From the IMG/VR virus record IMGVR_UViG_3300034061_001901, positions 1 to 25,301 of that record: a stretch of DNA of 25,301 bases; one strand, 5' to 3'. Below, in pieces: positions 23,772 through 25,301 of this stretch; position 1 is the stretch's first letter, and every line of letters begins with the position of its first letter. A program made the translations under genes and the position numbers. Under the pieces are notes generated by a model that made no database searches, had not been told where the DNA came from, and saw only the letters and a list, made by a program, of their open reading frames with translations. This stretch comes from a virus (Duplodnaviria; Caudoviricetes).

Positions 23772-23800
23772 ATTCTAGTCAAGATTACAAGATGTGTCAA
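23772..23800 (-). promoter_or_regulatory. sigma70-type promoter, leftward, no ORF downstream
   Basis: TTGACA-N17-TAGAAT on the minus strand. Confidence 0.7.
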
Positions 23801-23869
23801 GCCCCTGGCACATTAGCAAACCTGATGGTACTGATAAGATTCCCTGATGTTAAGGAATGTTGCAACCCC

Positions 23870-23898
23870 TTGCCCTGGTGCCCCTGGTGTGCCATACT
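23870..23898 (+). promoter_or_regulatory. sigma70-type promoter
   Basis: TTGCCC-N17-CATACT with TGn; same TGCCATACTGATC as at 24968. Confidence 0.6.
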
Positions 23899-23944
23899 GA
23901 TCTCGTGGTTGGGACACCTCTACATTCCCCCACCCATTCTTGAC

Positions 23945-24277
23945 ATGAACCTCACCAAATCTTTCCCTCCTGCTGATGCTCTGATCGTCATTCTGCAGGA
24001 GGTTGACTATCAAAAACTCTACCAAGATGTGCGGAGTTTTGTTCTCACTGCTGCCGCAATCGCCTATGTGGTTGCTACTATTCTCTGGGAGAAGATTCAG
24101 ACCATGAAGTTCCAAACTCCTGAAATGTTCACCGAATACTTCTACCTGGGTGTGAACATGATCGGTGAACCTGGCGATGAAATCGTTGGGTTGAGTGTTG
24201 GCAACCGTTACATCGGTTTGTATAGCAACGGCATCGCCTGGGGTGTGCTCAACGAGCAGGGTGCCCTGGACAGTTGA
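23945..24277 (+). CDS. membrane-associated hypothetical protein
   Basis: ORF 23792..24277, ATG 23945 after the promoter; one TM segment. Confidence 0.7.
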   Translation: MNLTKSFPPADALIVILQEVDYQKLYQDVRSFVLTAAAIAYVVATILWEKIQTMKFQTPEMFTEYFYLGVNMIGEPGDEIVGLSVGNRYIGLYSNGIAWGVLNEQGALDS

Positions 24278-24325
24278 GCAAGTGGCACATCGGGCACCGT
24301 GAGGTGCCCTCACCCATGCCAAACT
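24266..24325 (+). promoter_or_regulatory. palindrome-promoter element, copy 10
   Basis: CTGGACAG-TTGAGCAA-GTGGCACA, GGGCACC-gtga-GGTGCCC stem, TGcCAAACT 30 bp downstream. Confidence 0.7.
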
Positions 24326-24348
24326 ACGTTTGTTCCTGAAACACACCC

Positions 24349-24477
24349 ATGGACACCTACTTTTTTGAGATCCAAGATGCTCCTGGTGAGATCTACGACA
24401 TCGAGGATCTGCAGCAGGAGGATGACGACGAGGATCAATCCTTCAACCAAATGCTCAACAGCAACTACACCCTGTGA
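24349..24477 (+). CDS. tiny highly acidic protein (42 aa)
   Basis: Manually read MDTYFFEIQDAPGEIYDIEDLQQEDDDEDQSFNQMLNSNYTL*. Confidence 0.6.
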   Translation: MDTYFFEIQDAPGEIYDIEDLQQEDDDEDQSFNQMLNSNYTL

Positions 24478-24605
24478 TGACACCTGACACTCTGAACTTT
24501 ACTGGCGATGCTGTCACCTTCCTTGGTTTGGTTGGTGTCCTCTCCACTGGCATCATCCTGGTGCTATGCTTCACTCGTTACTTCAATTCTCCACTACGCA
24601 AGTGA
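24477..24605 (+). CDS. single-pass membrane peptide (42 aa)
   Basis: Manually read MTPDTLNFTGDAVTFLGLVGVLSTGIILVLCFTRYFNSPLRK*; TGATG coupling. Confidence 0.6.
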   Translation: MTPDTLNFTGDAVTFLGLVGVLSTGIILVLCFTRYFNSPLRK

Positions 24606-24748
24606 CACTCACACACCTTAACTATCAGGAGATTGATGCCCTGATGTCAATTCTTGACAGTAGCGATTGGTGCTACCTGACTGAACTCACAGAGGTTGAC
24701 ATTTCACTTCTGTATGACAAACTCACCGAAATGAGGGATGAGATCTGA
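24602..24748 (+). CDS. acidic hypothetical protein
   Basis: ORF 24566..24748; GTG 24602 overlaps the previous stop. Confidence 0.55.
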   Translation: MTLTHLNYQEIDALMSILDSSDWCYLTELTEVDISLLYDKLTEMRDEI

Positions 24749-24921
24749 TGAACCGTTCTGAACTGCAAGATGCTCTCATTCAGCAGATGCTGGATGACAT
24801 GGACCTCAAGACTATGACCCTACTCTGTTATGACTACCTCGAAGAAGGTTACGCAAAGTATTCTGATGAAGAATTGACCGAAGAAGTGAAAGAATACTAC
24901 CCCGAACTGCTAGAGGGGTGA
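24748..24921 (+). CDS. acidic hypothetical protein (57 aa)
   Basis: Manually read MNRSELQDALIQQMLDDMDLKTM...EVKEYYPELLEG*. Confidence 0.65.
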   Translation: MNRSELQDALIQQMLDDMDLKTMTLLCYDYLEEGYAKYSDEELTEEVKEYYPELLEG

Positions 24922-24976
24922 CGATCTGACAACTGGCACACCGGGGGTTGACCCCACCCCCAATCCGTGCCATACT
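24917..24976 (+). promoter_or_regulatory. palindrome-promoter element, copy 11
   Basis: GGTGACGA-TCTGACAA-CTGGCACA, GGGGG-TTGACC...CCCCC, TTGACC-N17-CATACT. Confidence 0.8.
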
Positions 24977-25045
24977 GATCACATCAGCGGGGGTGAAGCA
25001 TCCCGCTCAAAACACTTCACTCAACCCTTTACTTTTTTTAACATC

Positions 25046-25270
25046 ATGTTCAAGTTCCAATCCAGCGCCATCGAAAACATCAGCGAAGTGCAGAACGGTC
25101 AAGTGACTGTTACCTTCAACGGTGGGCGTGACTATACCTACAACGTGACCGATCCTGCAGAGTTCGTTGCCGATCTCAACCTGGTGATCGAAAACGAAGA
25201 CTCCGTGGGTAAGTTCATCAATCTGGCAATCCGTGGTGATCAACTCACCCAGGTGCCTGCCACCGTGTGA
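25046..25270 (+). CDS. KTSC-like domain protein
   Basis: SSAIENIS...VTVTFNGGRDYTY...SVGKFIN matches the KTSC pattern. Confidence 0.7.
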   Translation: MFKFQSSAIENISEVQNGQVTVTFNGGRDYTYNVTDPAEFVADLNLVIENEDSVGKFINLAIRGDQLTQVPATV

Positions 25271-25289
25271 CGATCCTGGGGGTGGCACA
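25266..25289 (+). repeat. palindrome element, copy 12 (downstream promoter cut by window end)
   Basis: TGTGACGA-TCCTGGGG-GTGGCACA. Confidence 0.7.
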
Positions 25290-25301
25290 TGCTGCCCCCT
25301 T

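Noticed and set aside
21336-23812. Half-sites TGGGCACA (21336) and CTGGCACA (23805) as palindrome copies
   Set aside because: No matching left arm and non-standard spacing to their promoters
23846-23863. Second HLR1-like direct repeat
   Set aside because: About four mismatches to consensus; too weak to call
23632-25000. Shared 11-mer GGGGTGAAGCA (minus 23632-23642, plus 24990-25000)
   Set aside because: Matches of this length are expected by chance in 25 kb
50-25288. Minus-strand ORFs in the track (e.g. 2643-3113, 4825-5304, 8796-9353, 11742-12188, 17857-18231, 23813-24346)
   Set aside because: They are shadows of well-supported + strand genes and show no recognisable motifs; only 20116-20859 is accepted
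6418-25289. Palindrome copies as a CRISPR or REP array
   Set aside because: Copies are dispersed, degenerate and separated by whole genes, with fixed spacing to -10 boxes

Overview
A gene-dense segment of a T4-like cyanophage (myovirus) genome. The assignment rests on a phage-type CP12 gene, T4-like late promoters (NATAAATA/CTAAATA), two 2OG-Fe(II) oxygenases, a cyanobacterial AbrB-like domain and tRNA-Leu(UAA). Nearly all genes are on the + strand, and most are small hypotheticals. Recognisable genes are an RmlB-like dTDP-glucose 4,6-dehydratase, CP12, a putative restriction endonuclease plus beta-class DNA methyltransferase, a large PD-(D/E)xK-like nuclease, an HExxH peptidase, an RlpA-like protein, a gp38-like glycine/collagen-rich adhesin, two Cys-rich proteins, a degenerate GIY-YIG protein, a cyAbrB-ArdA fusion and a KTSC-like protein. 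The main non-coding signal is a dispersed 24-bp imperfect palindrome (ideal form TGTGCCAG-N8-CTGGCACA, 12 copies), usually exactly 29-30 bp upstream of a -10 box, which divides the region into promoter-headed gene cassettes. The two copies flanking the R-M pair share an identical 8-bp core. Positions 20.9-23.8 kb hold an origin-like zone (10-bp-phased tandem repeats, CGAGAT iterons) and several near-consensus minus-strand promoters with no ORF, which suggest small RNAs. A perfect HLR1 (RpaB) box lies upstream of the CP12 locus. All calls were made by eye; no database searches were run.
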